This document shows, in pieces, positions 1 through 14,976 of a stretch of DNA of 64,000 nt. This DNA is from Lingula anatina. Lineage: Eukaryota > Animalia > Brachiopoda. The stretch lies in NCBI GenBank assembly GCA_051362555.1, contig CM120641.1, positions 26,356,401-26,420,400 of the forward strand, in the 5' to 3' direction. A program made the position numbers and the translations under genes. A model generated the notes under the pieces. That model had not been told where the DNA came from, made no database searches, and saw only the letters and a program-made list of their open reading frames with translations. Each line of letters starts with the position of its first letter. Within the stretch, counting starts at the first letter, position 1.

Positions 1-507
1 AAAACATTAATTAGCTGATGGTGTCTGGCTGTAAATAGCTAAACATGTCTTAAGTGAGTGATCTTATTGGATGACGCTTGAGGTTTATTTTCTATGACAT
101 CACTTTGTTTTGAGATACTTCAGATGATCAGAAATAACAAATTGTTTGAAAATATTTATCGGAGCTAGGGTTAGACATAGCTGAGCTGCAGTTGTAAGTT
201 TACCCAAGTGGCATACATGGTCTGGACATTTATCTTTAGATTTCACTCATCTCAGGGAAAGCATCTCTCATCAGATCATGGTAATCTTAAGTTTAGATAA
301 AAACGTACATTTCTGTTTGATCATTGTGACAATTGATTTGCCTGGAACTGTAGTATTATGCCAAATGTTTGGTGCTGCTGTGTAATGTTTAAATATATTC
401 ACCTGACACTGAGAAGACATTGAAAATTCAATTTCTCTGTGTTTTCTTTGCTGAATAAAATGCCCTTTAAAACAGTGTTTGATAGATAATTTCTTACATA
501 ATTACAG

Positions 508-702
508 ACTGAAAATCTACAGAAGACGGTTGTAGCCAGAGTACCTTCCCCTTTGCCACAAAAATACAGTCGAGAAAGCCGTCCCAGACGAGGAGCAGGA
601 AGGTGGTGCGAGCACTGTAATATCCGCCTGCTGGAGTTGAAAAGACAGGCAGTCAGAATTCTCATCCCAATACAGAAGTTAAGACATCTGTATGCACACA
701 AG
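508..702 (+). CDS. KIF26: KIF26-like kinesin, internal coding exon A (phase 0 donor; TENLQKTVVARVPSP...GRWCEHCNIRLLELKRQAVRILIPIQKLRHLYAHK)
   Basis: Acceptor attacag|ACT at 507 (an in-frame alternative ctacag| lies at 522). 65 open codons, donor AAG|gtatga at 702/703. WCEHCNIRLLELKRQA matches the KIF26B N-terminal motif recalled as WCENCNARLVELKRQA, and the exon ends in K before a DP-starting exon, as recalled for KIF26B. Confidence 0.88.
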
Positions 703-3700
703 GTATGATTTGTTTGCATTTTGTTGAAAAAAAAAAGAAATGGAAAAAAAATACAGATTTGATTGCCATTATTTGTGTTTTTTCTTCTAGATAGTAGTAA
801 CACTGTTAAGGACTCTTCAGCTCTATTGAATGAAGGGTTATGAAGTTTTCTTTTATTTCATCATTACTGAACAATGTTATTTTTGACCTATGTTTTTATA
901 CACTGTTCAAGTTATCTTTATATGAGTTTTTAGGTCCACAGAAACTTTTTTATTTAGATGGGTAGACATTGATAAGATGCTGAGCATTCCAGGCAGCAGG
1001 TATTTAAACAGTTCATAGTCGATTAAAGCAGACCTGTAATGTTGATACACATAAGAAGATGAACTCTCCTTTCAGCAGACCTGTACAACTGTTTTTTAAT
1101 GTGGTCTTTTAACATTCATCCCAGCAGAGTCAATTACCTCTCTCTTTTTTAATCCGAAAACACATGGCTCACCAAGATATCTGTTGATTTTATCAGTACT
1201 GAAAAAGTGTCCGGGAAGTCTTGATTGAGGGAAGCAGAGGTGCTTTCTATAAACTTCCAGTTGGTTCATTCAGTTTGCAACCATTAGAATTTAATGTACA
1301 GGCTGCAACCTGAGATCTGTGATTGGGGTAAATTGCTACTATATAAGGTACTGCAAACCATCTCCTATCACTTGAATGTAATGGGTATCAGACTCCTGTT
1401 TACCAAGTTGAAATTTATGTAAAGGCCAAGAGACAATGAAGGCTGTTTTTCTTTTTCTTTCCATTAGTGTCACTAGCAGTGTGTAACATTAGTTCATGTG
1501 ATGAGGCGAAGGATGTGTATACAAATATTATGAGGGATGGACACCTTTTCCGTGTTGGCTACTGGCTGGCTCCTTGAGCTTACATGTACCAATGGTCAGT
1601 CTTAATGTGAAGGGTCCTCCACCTTGCCCCACCTATAAAACATACACTTTAGGTATTACCAAGTTTTCTCATAATTGGGCCCTCTGAATGAATATTATAA
1701 ACAGTTTGAAAGATGGAGTGTTGAAGCAAGTTAGTGGCTTAGAGACTAGTCTCCAGTTTGTACTATTTGTTTGTATTTAGATTAAAACAGTTCAACATGC
1801 TGCTTAAGTAGGATTACAGTAACTGAGAGTCAACAGTTAAAGGAGTGTTTACCTCTCAGGTGAAGAATGTGTTGGAATTCATTTTTGAAGTGAGAAATAA
1901 AGAATATTGATCCGTGGAGAAAAGGATTCTGCCTGCTCCAAATCATATAAATTACGGTGGGTATATTTATTTATAACCCTTAGTTTTCTTCGAAATCCAG
2001 AAGCTTGAACTGAGAGCTATGAGATAATTCATGACTTGTGTTTCTATAATGGTGAAATAAATGTTGTACTTTTAGAATTGCAGATGGTGTGTATTATGAA
2101 CACTGGCTAAGTCTTTTTGGCTGTAATTCAAAGTACCTAACATGTTCTCAAAAATTTAGCTTTTATTTTTATCAAAATATCATACCTTATAGTATTTATA
2201 TTATAAACTAAGGTGTCAGTGTATATTATTCATAAAATCGCTTGGTTAGTAAGTTTGATCCCTGATAGTATAAAAAAGTTGTCATTTAATGTGCAGGTGT
2301 TCACTGTGTAGTTTTGATCATTTGGTGGTGATCACAATGATGGATAATGAGAAAGGCTTATGTATCTTTGTTGTATGGTGTAAATGCTACTGCCTAATCC
2401 AAGTTGATTCTCCCAGGGCTGTGTACACAACCTGACCAGCTTGAACTGGCAAGGGACCAACTGTGATGCCAGTTATATATTTCTGAACTAAGTTAGTCTA
2501 GTTGTGAACAAAGCATAAGTCGTATCCAGAGGTAAAATTCGCAAGAGGTAAATTTCACTTGCACAACTCACTAGTGAAAACTTTATAAAGGGGAGTGTGC
2601 TCTAAGTAAACAATTGAATAATGAAAAAATGGGAGACAGATGAGGAGGGTTTAAAAGCATCAAACCACCTGTGAGATAACACACTACAGAGGAGATTGCG
2701 CAGATTCTGCTTTATCAGACGGAGAAATGGTATGTTCTGCATTATATTCACTTCACTTAGATTCTTTCTCCATATGAATTGAAAGGAACGTAGTCATAAG
2801 TATAACAGAGGGCTGAAGGTATTTGTTAATCTTGGAATGTAATAGGTTAATTCTTTCCTGGCGGTTGCATTTCATGTTGAAGCAAGGCAAGATTTTCAAA
2901 GAGTTACTGAAGTGTCAAAGTAACTGAGCGCTTCTCTGCAGAAAAAAAAAGATTGAACCTGATTTAATCATCAGTCAGTTGAGCATGTGCACAAGCCACC
3001 TTTCTTCGTGCAAGAATTTTTCATTGGCAGCTCTCTGGGTAGTTTGTTAACATGTGTTCATTACATGTGCTTTACTAGGACAATAAGTACTCTGTTGCAC
3101 TTGACTATCACAGGGTTTCCTACTTGGTTTTCCAACTGTGTATGATAGATGCCTTATTGTAGAATATTCTCTCGAGCTATTTATTTTATTAAAAAAAATT
3201 TCAAGATGAACTGGATTGAACGAGTTATGTTTTGATTTAAAGTTCTAGGCTTGACATGAATGTAACCCCTTATCTGAGTATCAAGTTTGGTTGTTCATAA
3301 AGAAAAATGAAATTCTGGGTTGGATTTTTTCAAAGGATTTTAAAAACTTGGCTAAACCTCAGTTGTTATGATTAATATATTTATTAATTGTACAGTGAAT
3401 TTCAACTAAATGTTTTGCATATACAGTACATGTTAATAGGTGATACATCTTTAGAAATAAGGAAACGACTAAACATCTGTCTGGCTAGGTTTGAAGTGCC
3501 CTTATAAAGAAGATTATATAGAAAACATGGATATGTCACAAATTAAAGCCAGTCCAATTTCATTATGACAGTTTGATTGCCCCTTAAAAAGTAGTTTTTA
3601 ATTTGTTGTGTGTGCTCCAGTTTGAGGCTCGAAGTCATTTCAGAAAGAAAACAAAGGGCATGCTGAATTATTTGAAGGCAGTACTGTAGTTTGATTTTTT

Positions 3701-6700
3701 TTCTCGAAAGTGTTATGAAGTGTAAAAGTTGGATAACCAAAGCTGAAATGTTTAATACCTTTGCTTTTTTATAGTTAAAAATAAAAAATAAATAAAAAAA
3801 CATTGCCAACCTCTATCTTAATTTTATACATGACAAGTTGCAGGTTTAAAATACTGAAAGGATCCCCAAGTTTATCAGTATGAGACAGTGGCATCTGTGC
3901 GTCTCTCTGTCTCCAGTAAGGCCACTCAGTGGTGCTACCTCTATCTACTATCAGTTGATAGCTCCAAAGCAGACAAGTTTGGTGTCAGCATATCTAGATT
4001 TTTGTTTAATTATTTCTTTAAAAGGAGTCATTGATTGGGCACTTGAAAGCAGTGTATTATATATGTGAACTTCTGTGTTCACTGGTGTGCCTGTTCATGT
4101 GACTGTGTGAATGTGATAATAATTACATGTTCATTTTTTGGAGATTATCTTACTTTAAAGTAGTGGTGATTAGCTAGAAACAATTATCACAAAATGATTT
4201 TCTTTTATGTTTTGCAGAATTATTTAGGGAAACAATTATGCTTTATTGTAACTGCTCGATCAATGTCAAAAAGGAGGAAAATTGCCTCTTTTTTTCATTT
4301 GAGATCTCTTTTTTATTTAGCAGAAAGATTATCCTAACACTTGTATACATCTTGAATGATATATGGGAAATTACAGGCATAATTTTTTGCCTTAGCAGTC
4401 ATTTTAGGCTACTATATATTAAAGTAATCCATCTATCAGTTTTATGCAGATGGTAAAATGCCCATCCAAATAGTACAGGGGGTATCTTAAGGTTGCAGCG
4501 GTTGTATGTCTCCAAGCACTCTCAACTTGGGATTACATATGTTGTATCCTGATTAAGTTTGTCCTCTTTGATGTCTCCTCCGCTTATCTGACTGGGAGTC
4601 AGTATAAGCACTTGTGTCTCCTACCCATACCTCAGTGACAGGAGACTGGAGCAAGCCTCAGGTATGTTGACTTTAATCTTAACCTCTATCATCCCTATGA
4701 GATTGGTTAAATCAAAAATGAGAGAAACGTAATTTTTGTAATTAAGTCAGGTTGTATTAGAAATAGATTTACAGTAGTAAATTGTATTGAAAAGTTAATT
4801 GTGCCATAAAGTTTTCAAACTCCGACAATAAAGATTTAAAATGTTCTGTTAACTTGTGGAAAATAAGACTTGTTAGAATTCCACTTCATAGTTTTTTATA
4901 GACCAAGAGGGGAAATTGTCAAGAGGCTAATGAAACATCTTGATTTTGTATTTGTTGAGTGTTTATTTTATGTCAAGATAAGCTGAATTTATTTCCTTAC
5001 TTTTTTTGGCATATTGTACAGGTCCCATTCATGATTTTATAATTGCTTAAAGCTTTTGGGCTAGATAAAATAAAATGCAGGTAGGAGGTAAAGAAGGGAC
5101 AAATTTACGAGTGTTTGGGACACTGACGACAATTTATATTTGGTTATATGTCAATACGTGGACATATCCGGAAGACCCCCACTGGTAAATTATATTAGGA
5201 AGAAATAGTTTGATGTTGTGAAAAGATATGGTCCTTCACTTCATGTTTTTGAATTATACAAAAGATTAATAGTTTGAAATCTAGCTCATTAATTGTCCAT
5301 GCACATTATACAGTGTTCATCTTATTCCCTTTTCCCTCTTTCTTATTTTTTCCACAAAAAAATGTTGCAAAGATTACATACAACTATTATGTGTATTAAT
5401 TTGTGACATAATTTAATATATCTGTTACTTGACATTGGAGCCTACCAACTGGTTTGCAGATGTACGACTAAATGCATTGCCCCTTAAAGGTTTTTGTACA
5501 TTATTATTTATTCATTATTCAATTAAATAATGCAGAAATAAAAACATTGTCATGTTATGTGATAATGCTGTCACGTCAAAAATATGTTAAGTGAATTTGC
5601 TAATTTGAGCTGATGATGTCATAGCAGTGTTTTTGGGGTAAAACCAGTATATCGCTGTATACGGTTCTCCCTCACCTGAACAGCTATCAATACTGTTTTG
5701 ATGCCTATTTAATCACAACAGTGAGAACTACAGTCTGGTGCTTGGAACTTTCCTGTAAGACCCGATTCTGATTAAAGTGGCGAAATAATGGCTTTGTTTA
5801 ATAAAACATTGAAATTACGGGCTGATTTTCTTAAACAAGATTTAAAGTCAACATCAGATGGTAGTTCACACCCTAGAAAGTGATATGCCAATTTTTATGA
5901 TGATATCTTACTTAGTTGCAGAGTTATATCGGAAACCAATCACTATCTAACACCACTTTACAGAGCAGCATAATTGACACTGAAAGCTTAGCCACCCCAT
6001 GTCAAAAACACATTGGGTGATGAATAAAGCAACAGAAAAAGTTGTGTTCTAAAAGCTTTAAACATAATTGTGCTTATTTAAAGATTATTGTTTCACATAG
6101 AAGAAATGAGGGGGAGGCTATTTCGCCAAATAGAGGCCTTTATGACATCCCCCCCCCTTTAAGTTTTGAGGTTCCTTGTTAAATTGAGCTTGGAAACAGT
6201 GTGAACTTGATGTAATGTGTGGATGAGGTGGGTCCTAATAGAAATAGATCCCAACAGGTGCTTGGATTGAGCAGGGACAGAGTACTGATAGGAAAGTTAA
6301 TAAATCACTGCATCTTTTCCATCAGGCTGAATGACGTGAAGCACCTACTAGTAGTGCTGCTGAACAGAGATTGCGTTTGTTGGATGGTATTGTGCTGGTC
6401 TCCAAGTATGATAGATGTGGTGTGCCAGGGTAGTTAAGTGTTAGCATGGCAGTCATAGTGCTAAGTGGTGCAGGTGTAGAAGTCTTCTCTTCATGATAAA
6501 TGAATGAATCTACAGGAAGGCAGCATGTCTCCCATTGAGTGCTGATGAAGTAGCACTGCTCATTGTCTCAGCATAGATAGAGGAACTTAATCTCAAATGT
6601 ACATATTTACTTGCATTAATCCCAAGTGTTAATCTGCAATGTAATCAGGGTTTTTTATGTAGAAAAGATGATGTGGTGCCAGTTTGAGGTGTTTGGTTAT

Positions 6701-9700
6701 CAATATTTGATATAGACAAGCCATGAGATTACTTGACACACTGATCAGAGCTGCCAATCAGCTAAGTTGTATTTAGAGAAACTCTGGAAATAGATTCACA
6801 ATTCATTTAGTGATTATATGTAGAATGCACTGTTAAAAGGGAAATTGGCATCATTATATAATGACCACTTATATAGGCCTGTAACTGGTGTTTTGTCACT
6901 TCTAAATTTATGTACAAAATTTGATATTATTTTACCTAGAAAGCATTGTTACATTATCTCAGTGTAACCTAAAAGGTGATTAAAAATGTGATTTTTACTA
7001 TGTAATTTCAATTTGAAAGTTTCTCCTATGAACTGGTATGAATATAATGCTTTTCTTTAAGTATATACTGTTACTGTTTGTTGTTATTTTTTCACATACT
7101 GATATCCATTTTTTATGAAATTGATATCACTCTGTCAGACCATTATGTAAGTTTTAAGTTATTGATTTAGCTATTTTAAGTTTGTAGACAATAGTCTTTA
7201 TGACGCCAACCATTGCTGTAGTTTGTCTCCCTTTTTAAGTATGACACTTCCATTGTAGCATTGCCATTAATTTCCTATGTATTAGCTATGCGTAACTACT
7301 CTCCTATTAACATCTGTTATCACCTTAATGATAGTCTGTCATGAAAAGACATGATTATGATCAATTAAACAAACTTATCCATCAAAGCTTTAACTGTTAT
7401 TCATTATTACATGGAAATCACTAACTTGCGTGATTTGTCTAGTAACACGCAGTCTTCACAGTGGTTTAATGCACAATGAGTCTGTGTTGTAGCTCATTGT
7501 GGAATTTCAATGTTTCTTTTTAAATCCTTCAGGGAGACGATCAATTATTGTTGAATTATTAACACTTATGTGGGTTTTCTTTTATTTACATTTTAAAACA
7601 GTCGTGGAAGATAGAACTCTGTGCAAATGAAAAGCTCATTAACATCCCTTTAATGTAAAAAATCAAAGGAAAAGGTTTATTCAGACTATGTTTGCATGAT
7701 TACCCAAAATATTTATGCTGAGATCTTAAACACTGTCATATTTATGGGTCTGTTTTTTAACTACACGTGTTTGTCAGAAATGTCATGCAGATGTCATGCA
7801 CTGAAGTGTAATTTCGATATCTTTTGTGGTTTTTTTCTATATTATGAAATTAAGTACATGTATGTTTGTGTTAGCTACATCTGCTGTGAAACACAGCATC
7901 TTTGTGTATTTTTTTCTTTTTAGGCAACCTTTTAAAAATTTTTTGTGGAATTGTTCTAAAGATGAACAAATAAAATATTCCACTGATATTTTTTGAAGAA
8001 TGCATTGATAATACATCATTTTAAAAAAGTTTTATTTTGGAGGGGGGGGGGGGGGACTGTTGGCTGATTGGATTGTATACATCTTTGAGTTTATAATCTG
8101 CTTAGTTTCAGCCGATCTGCAGTAATAAGTGCATAAATTAGTAACTCCCCTGCATAGCATGGTTAAATATTTACACTTCAAAACTCTATTTCATATAGCA
8201 GTATCTCATTTACATTCTTTTTTCTTTTGTTCTCAAAGGATTTTATTCCTGAGAAAAATCATTGCAAGACAAGACACTTCAGTGGAGTAATGATTTTTTT
8301 TTACTACAGGGTCAAAAAAAAGTCATCTGAAACTGAAGGAAGCTAAGCCAGACAGACCCAGGATCCCAGGTTGAATAAAAAGGGGATATTTTTCCATTAA
8401 TTTCCTGTCACATCGTATTCATTTTGTTGCATTGTTATGATCAATAAATCCAGGGGAATGTTGTAGAAGTTGCCAGGAAGGTTGGTAGTGACACCTGTGA
8501 GGACTGTTGTAATTTTGTCCTGGCATAAAAAGCAAGGGTGTTGTTACAAGGGTTTATCTTCACACTACACCTGTGTGGTGTACAAGCTGTGCCACTGATC
8601 ATAACCACACTTGGGACTCTGACAAATGACAAGACGGGACTTTTAGGGGTTTTACTGGCATACCAAACAAACACTCTGTCGCACTAGACTGAAGTGGAAG
8701 ATAAACCTTGCATTCAAACCGAATTTAACAGGATTTGTCAGAACTTGACACATATGATGACAATGGACTTTTTAATCGGTTGATCTTTTTTTTTTTCTTT
8801 TTTTAAAGGCACAGGACTTGTGTCAGTTGGTGCAGTTATCCCCAAGGCAGGTAGGGATTATGCAGAATAGATTAGTGAACCTTTCTGCTTCAAACATATA
8901 AGGGAAGTTCCATCTCTGATTTTGAATGCATTAATTATCAGATTAAAAATATTGATTGAATTAATGCATCTGTCCTTAAGCAATATTTGTAATGAAACAG
9001 CAAAAGGCACCCGTTCAATTTGAAAATTGTCTACCTTGCCTATTTGCAAAGTTAAAAAATGGAAAAATGATATATTTGTTGGAGATTTTGAAATGGTGCT
9101 CGAATAATTTGCTTCCAATGATTTACTGTAAATTCCAGAAGTAAAGTGCTCAATAACACTTTCCACCAAAGTGCAGGTAGATATTGGAAATGATAAAGGT
9201 GAGGGTTCAACACCTGGAACACTTATGAGATAACTTGTCAGACAATTATACCTTCACACTGGACAAAAAAGGGATTCTGGTTATGTTCACAACTAGACTA
9301 AGATGAAAAATTGACTGGTATAACCAGATTACATCATAAGTATGTCTTTATTCCCATTTTTCTAAACAATCAAACAGATGGTGATTTCAATTAGAATAAT
9401 TTTTTTGTAATTTTGAACTTGAAAAACATCTCAAGGGGCTCATGGACAAGTTTTTCACCTCAACTTACTTTTCAAGGTCATAGGGGTCATGCTGAGAAAA
9501 ACTTCAGATGGGGCTAGGTTAGAACATCTAATTTTGCTTTATGGCATGAACAGATCAAACATTTTCAATTTTCTTCAGGCTAAGTAAAGTATCTTCAGCA
9601 TTTTGTCGGAACTCTATATGCTAGAGTGAAGCAAGGTTGACATAGTCATATCATAGCACACCGCAGCACATTGTCTTTTGTCAAGATCCTCTCATTGTGC

Positions 9701-10057
9701 TTTTAATTTAATTGATTAGCAGTTAGGCAGGGCTTTTCATATTTCTTTTGGACTAGGAAATGTCCTTAAAGGAGTTGCAAGTAATGGAATCTAATATTTC
9801 CATTTGTCGTGGGAAGATGGAGGAGATCATTCACCATTCACTTCCTTTCAAGGATGGATTTATTTTGGGCCTTCAGAAAGTAAAAATACTTTATGGATTT
9901 TTCTCTTTAAATTTGAATGTGGACTTTCAGCCTTAACCGAAGAGGGAAAGCTTAGTTGAAAGGATGAAAATAACTTTATTGGATTGACAAAAGATTTTTG
10001 TAAGTTACCAAAACTCAAGACAGCATCCTGAACAAACAAATGATTTTTTGGCAAGAC

Positions 10058-10347
10058 TAAGAGGCCATTCAGAACAGAAAATCCAAGGATCTTCTGATCC
10101 ATGGGTCAAATATGGCAGACCCTACATGAAAGAAGAGCCGAATATTTCGCTGATGGTCTCCCCACCTCCACATGTGCCATTAAACAGATTAAATCACGGC
10201 TCTGAGGTTTAATTGCTACACCCCTGCAAGGACGGTGCATGTGGAGGCAGGGAAACCATTCAGTTGGCTCTTTTTTCATGTAGGGTCTGCCATATTTGAT
10301 TCGTTGATCAGTAGATCCTCAGATCTCCTGTTCTGAATGGACTCTTA
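10058..10347. mobile_element. Fold-back MITE-like non-autonomous DNA transposon
   Basis: About 115-120 bp imperfect inverted arms: TAAGAGGCCATTCAGAACAG...CTGTTCTGAATGGACTCTTA. Includes a perfect 26-bp pair (10106-10131 / 10274-10299). TA at both ends, no coding capacity. Confidence 0.85.
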
Positions 10348-13300
10348 CACTCTAGGGATCTAGATTTAAAAGCAGCCTAGTTCTCAGAATTCAGAATTAA
10401 GAAGTCAGCATAAGCTGTGGACAGGGTGAAGGGACTTCATAGAAAGATGGGATTTCAATCAGGTGTCTACTTCTTGTTTTTAGTACTGAAATGTTTATTG
10501 TTAAAACTGATGTGAACATGACCTTATCATTTATTAACAATGTGTGGAAAAAACAAGTAACAAAGTGCAGTTGCTTTCAAACTTTTGGTTTGTCATTATT
10601 GATGAAGTCGTTTGGATTGTTTTACGAGAAACTAATTTAAATCTGGAGTGGAAAAAGTTGTTAAGTCTGTATTGATTCTGTTGCTCATATGTTTGTTTTC
10701 TTCCCATAGAGCAATACATTTTTTATTTTATTCATCATTCCAGAAGATTAACTCTATTCATATTGCGCAGTGATCAGATAATTGCAGAAGGGAGTTTATC
10801 TCAATTAGTCCATTAATGAAAATGATGAGTTTAATGAGGCTGGTACTTATCAGGTCAAATACTTAAACCTGAAATATTGTAAAATAGAGACATTTTGCCT
10901 AAAGCGCAGATATATGGCTCCCTAGAATAAATCCTTGAAATAAGAAGACATAATGCTATGTAATGGGATAAGTCAGTTGCATCACTGAATGTCAAACTAT
11001 TAATGTTAAATGTTTAAAGTGCAGCAAAGACATTGACACTCAGAGATGTAGTCAGTTCTTATCGTTTTATTACATGTACCAAGGCCCCATATATTACCAA
11101 ACCCCCAGGCAATATTGTTCATTACTCAAGAATTGACACACACACAATATTGCTTTTAGAACACATGATCTATAGATCTGCTATTCCAAGTTATGAAGGC
11201 ATTATTTCTAAGCTGTAATTTACTGACATATCAATGTTCAGATATGTAGGGTGATACAACTTGACAGTGAACATTGGATGAGTCTCATTTTAGTTAAAGA
11301 TTAAAATGGTCTAAAGATTAGAATTCATATCAAATTGATTTGAATTGCATAAGATAGACATGTGCATGTAGAAAGTAATGACCAGAGAAATCAAACAACA
11401 TTCTTCATTCTGTGACCAGAATTACAACATAAAACCTTTTTTTTTTCCAAATAATGTCTCCTTGATAACAAAGGCTTATTGTAAGAATGCTGATAAAGCG
11501 TGATGTACAAGGATTTCTATCAAAATTTAAAACTGAATAAAAATAAACAAATATATAAAAGGTTCAGTATAAAATATCCTCATTGCAGTCTTTTACATGT
11601 ATATCTGTAGGATATTTTGAGTTTGAGACTAAAAGACTCCAGAGAAAATTATTGTATTTTTCATGTTAAAATTCTATATACTTCAAAACACACATATATA
11701 TATAGTTCAGAATATTCAGAATTCATCTGTATCTGTTTTAAACTCAAATTGCTATCCTGCACTTTAATCAAATTCAATTTACAGTAATTCTGTTCAATAA
11801 ACATCATACTCTCATTCTATGAGAGTATCATTAATTTGGAATACTGCAAGGCCTAGAATTGTTTGCTGAGAATGAATTCTCTTCTGTCAAATGAAAATTC
11901 AATTAGAATTCTAGAACAGCAAATTGTGGGGCAAAATAGATTAGATTACATTTAATGAGTGTGATTATAGCTCAGGTTTCTGCTTACAAAGTTTATAAAG
12001 AGGAGAAGACCACCATTTCTGCAATGATGTGCTTTCTATGATACAAGATGGCTTCCTACCACAGAATTAAATGTGACAAGGTTTCTCCTGTTAGGAAAAA
12101 TAATATGGCATGATAACAAAAATTCCTTAAAATACTTTTTTACTTCTACAAAATTGCATTTTATAAGAAACTTTTTGTAACTTACATCTTTTCTCATTTA
12201 AAATTATCATCCAGTATTTTATTGTGTTTTGTTGCTTGTGAGTGTTATGTAAATGCTTTGATCTTTATAGCAGCTACCTGAATGAGCTACCCTTGCTATC
12301 ATCAATTGTTAGTGTTTCAACAAACACATAATGACCATTTTTTAACAGAATCAATATTGCAAATATTACCTGGTGTATCTGTATTCCCCAAATAACTATC
12401 AAATGAGAAAAAACACCATTAGTGTTATTTTATACCATTTCTGTTGTTTATACAGTTACATAGAAATGGGTTGATGTTTTATTTGTGCGTAGAATAACAA
12501 TAAATATTTCAATATTATATTGATTTGATAGGAACAGGAACCTGCGAATGCCATTAATTCACCATTAACGTCAGGTGTCAATCACTCTTTTTATGAACAA
12601 TACCTGTCAATCTAACCCAGTGTATTGTTCGGTAATTTGGCCCACAATGCCTTTTGCTACTTATTTGGTAATTCTATCTGTTTGCTTGAAAATACACCAG
12701 CTGAGATGGAAATTTGTTGGTGTTTAGCAGCATTCATCTCGGAAGGTTCCATAGGTGTGCACTTTTTGTGTGGTTCTCATTCATCAAAGGGTAGGATCTA
12801 CAAACCAGTGGACCAGATTCAGCAATACTTTTGTTCCAGCAGTTTTGCCATTTCAAGGTTCTGTTTGGTTGAGTTCCTCCAAGTTGAAGGAGTTTGGGAA
12901 GCCTGGGGTGTGATTGGCAAACCCAGGCCTCTTTCATGCCTGCTTGCCTGTCCAATAGCCACTGTGTCCATGGCCAATTAGCCATAGCTACCGGTCAGAG
13001 AACTGGTGACCAGAGGTAGTGCCCCACTGGACCTGTCATCTTTCCTTACATCACTGTCAGACCTCATTGGCAGCTGAGGGAGTTTGAGATGCTTTTTCTG
13101 ATGTATTTTTCTTCTGATAAAAAAGAAACCCCTGGAGATGCTTTAGACTTGATTTGGCAGTTGATACCAGCTTTTGAGAGGTTCCCATTTCACTGATATG
13201 TTCTCATGCAAGGGTGCTGCAGAGTTTTGAAGTGGATGCTGCTGGCAGGATGGAAGTGCTCCTTAACAGAATACCCATGTGCAGTGGCAAGGAACTGTAG

Positions 13301-14953
13301 TAGTTTTGAAAGCTTTCACGGATGCAAAAAATGGTGAGAACAAGCCTTTTAAGTATGTTTGCTGCAGTTCTAGTTGAATGCTTCAGTTTTTCTTTGCCTT
13401 CTGATAGGCCATCAGATGTATTTCTGACAATAAAAAATTAATTCAACTTTGTTTCAGTCTCCCTCTCAACTGATTATATTTTATTGATTCATCATCTTGT
13501 GTTGCTCTTCAATTTTTGGTTGCTGTATTAGTGTAGAACACCCAGTAGAGTCATAGATACTTATCAGTCCTCAGAAGTGAGTTGAAGTTGTGGTTATCAG
13601 AGAAACTCGAACTGAGGAGAGGATTATTTGACAAAGGAGAAAAACTGCTAATCAGGATTGGATTTCATGGTTGAGCTCCAGAACTTTGCTTCAGTGGTGG
13701 CTTTCTCGTCAGCCAGGTGTGACAGTGTGCCTCAGGTGGTGCATGTTCACTAAGTGGCAGAAAAGGTCCCTGTTGTAACCATAAAAGAAGAAAACTAGTC
13801 AGTTGGGTTATTAGCTAGTCTAAGGTAGGTAATGTTAGATCTAAAAGGGTTATTGTAAGTGCTTTTTTCCCATACAAGTTAAGTTTGCTAATAAAGAATT
13901 GAGTTGCTTTCAATTTGTATTGCAAATTCATAAAGAATATACCAAAATTGCATGTAATTTTTAACAAAGCTGTCATAATGCATTGTTTACACAAAGTTAA
14001 GGCAGTTTAGCTTTGGGAATTATGTACTGTCTGGCTCTACAAAGAGAAACCTATACAGTTTTACTGAGTTGTGAAATTAAGTAAAAAAAAGTAAGTTAAG
14101 GGAATTTCAGGATAAGCAGACATTGTCAGACATCTGTCTTCCTCCCAGAACAAATTTAGAAGAGTTATCACTTATGTGTAGATATATCAGACAGGAGAAA
14201 TACTACCCCACCCAGAGGTGGTTGATCTTTGTATTGATAAAGTTAACTCCTACCTGTAAAATCTAGGGTAGTGTCTTCAAGATTATATTTTAGGATTAGG
14301 TGGCACATGTATCAGCATATTTAGCAAATGCTTTGTGGAAAAAAAAATATGTAGGAACATTTTCAGATTGATTGAAATAATAATAATCTCATTTCTAGAC
14401 CCAGCTCAGTCAGGTAAGGAAGTTTACCTCAGAAGACTTTTGAGCTTAATATTTCCTTTCCCTAGGGGGAATAGTTTGAAGACCATGTTATTAACAAACA
14501 CAAAAATTGCATTGTCCTTCTTAACTGAAATGTTGAAATAGGAGATTAAAACTGAGTTCTTCTGGTAATTCTTCTCTGGTCACCTCACCTGAACCTGGGG
14601 CCATCATTGTTCATGGGTTTGTGTCAGGCTGCCTTATGTTGTTCAGCTCAGTAGGACATAGGGGGAAAGCATGCAGTGGCCACTTCCTGAAGAAGGATCA
14701 GAGCCATTTTCCTGACATGAACGCTGTGCGCTATCTGCATGCAGCGATGGTATGCTGGTGCTTTGCTTGCAATCATGATATATGATTACAAGTTGGTCCT
14801 GAAGATTTCCTTGAGATAATTTTTTTGTTTCCTCCCTCATTTTTTGTTGTTTTTGATATATTAATAATGTAAAATGTATATAAATATGTTAGAAAAAGAC
14901 CATTTGAAACCTTTTTGTGCAAAATAAGATGCAATATCTGTTTCATTTTTTGC

Positions 14954-14976
14954 AAAAAAAAAAAAAAAAAAAAAAA
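14954..14976. repeat. Poly(A)23 tract
   Basis: Read directly from the sequence. Confidence 0.9.

Noticed and set aside
399-803. 134-aa minus-strand ORF
   Set aside because: Antisense shadow of KIF26 exon A, with no recognisable protein features.
5484-5850. TTAA|AGG-starting, slightly CpG-rich TE-like segment
   Set aside because: No convincing inverted terminus found.
5075-9198. Tiny phase-0 ATG-donor pairs (ATGCAG|gtagga at 5075; ATGATAAAG|gtgagg at 9190)
   Set aside because: Two to three codons in AT-rich sequence with no promoter cues, expected by chance.
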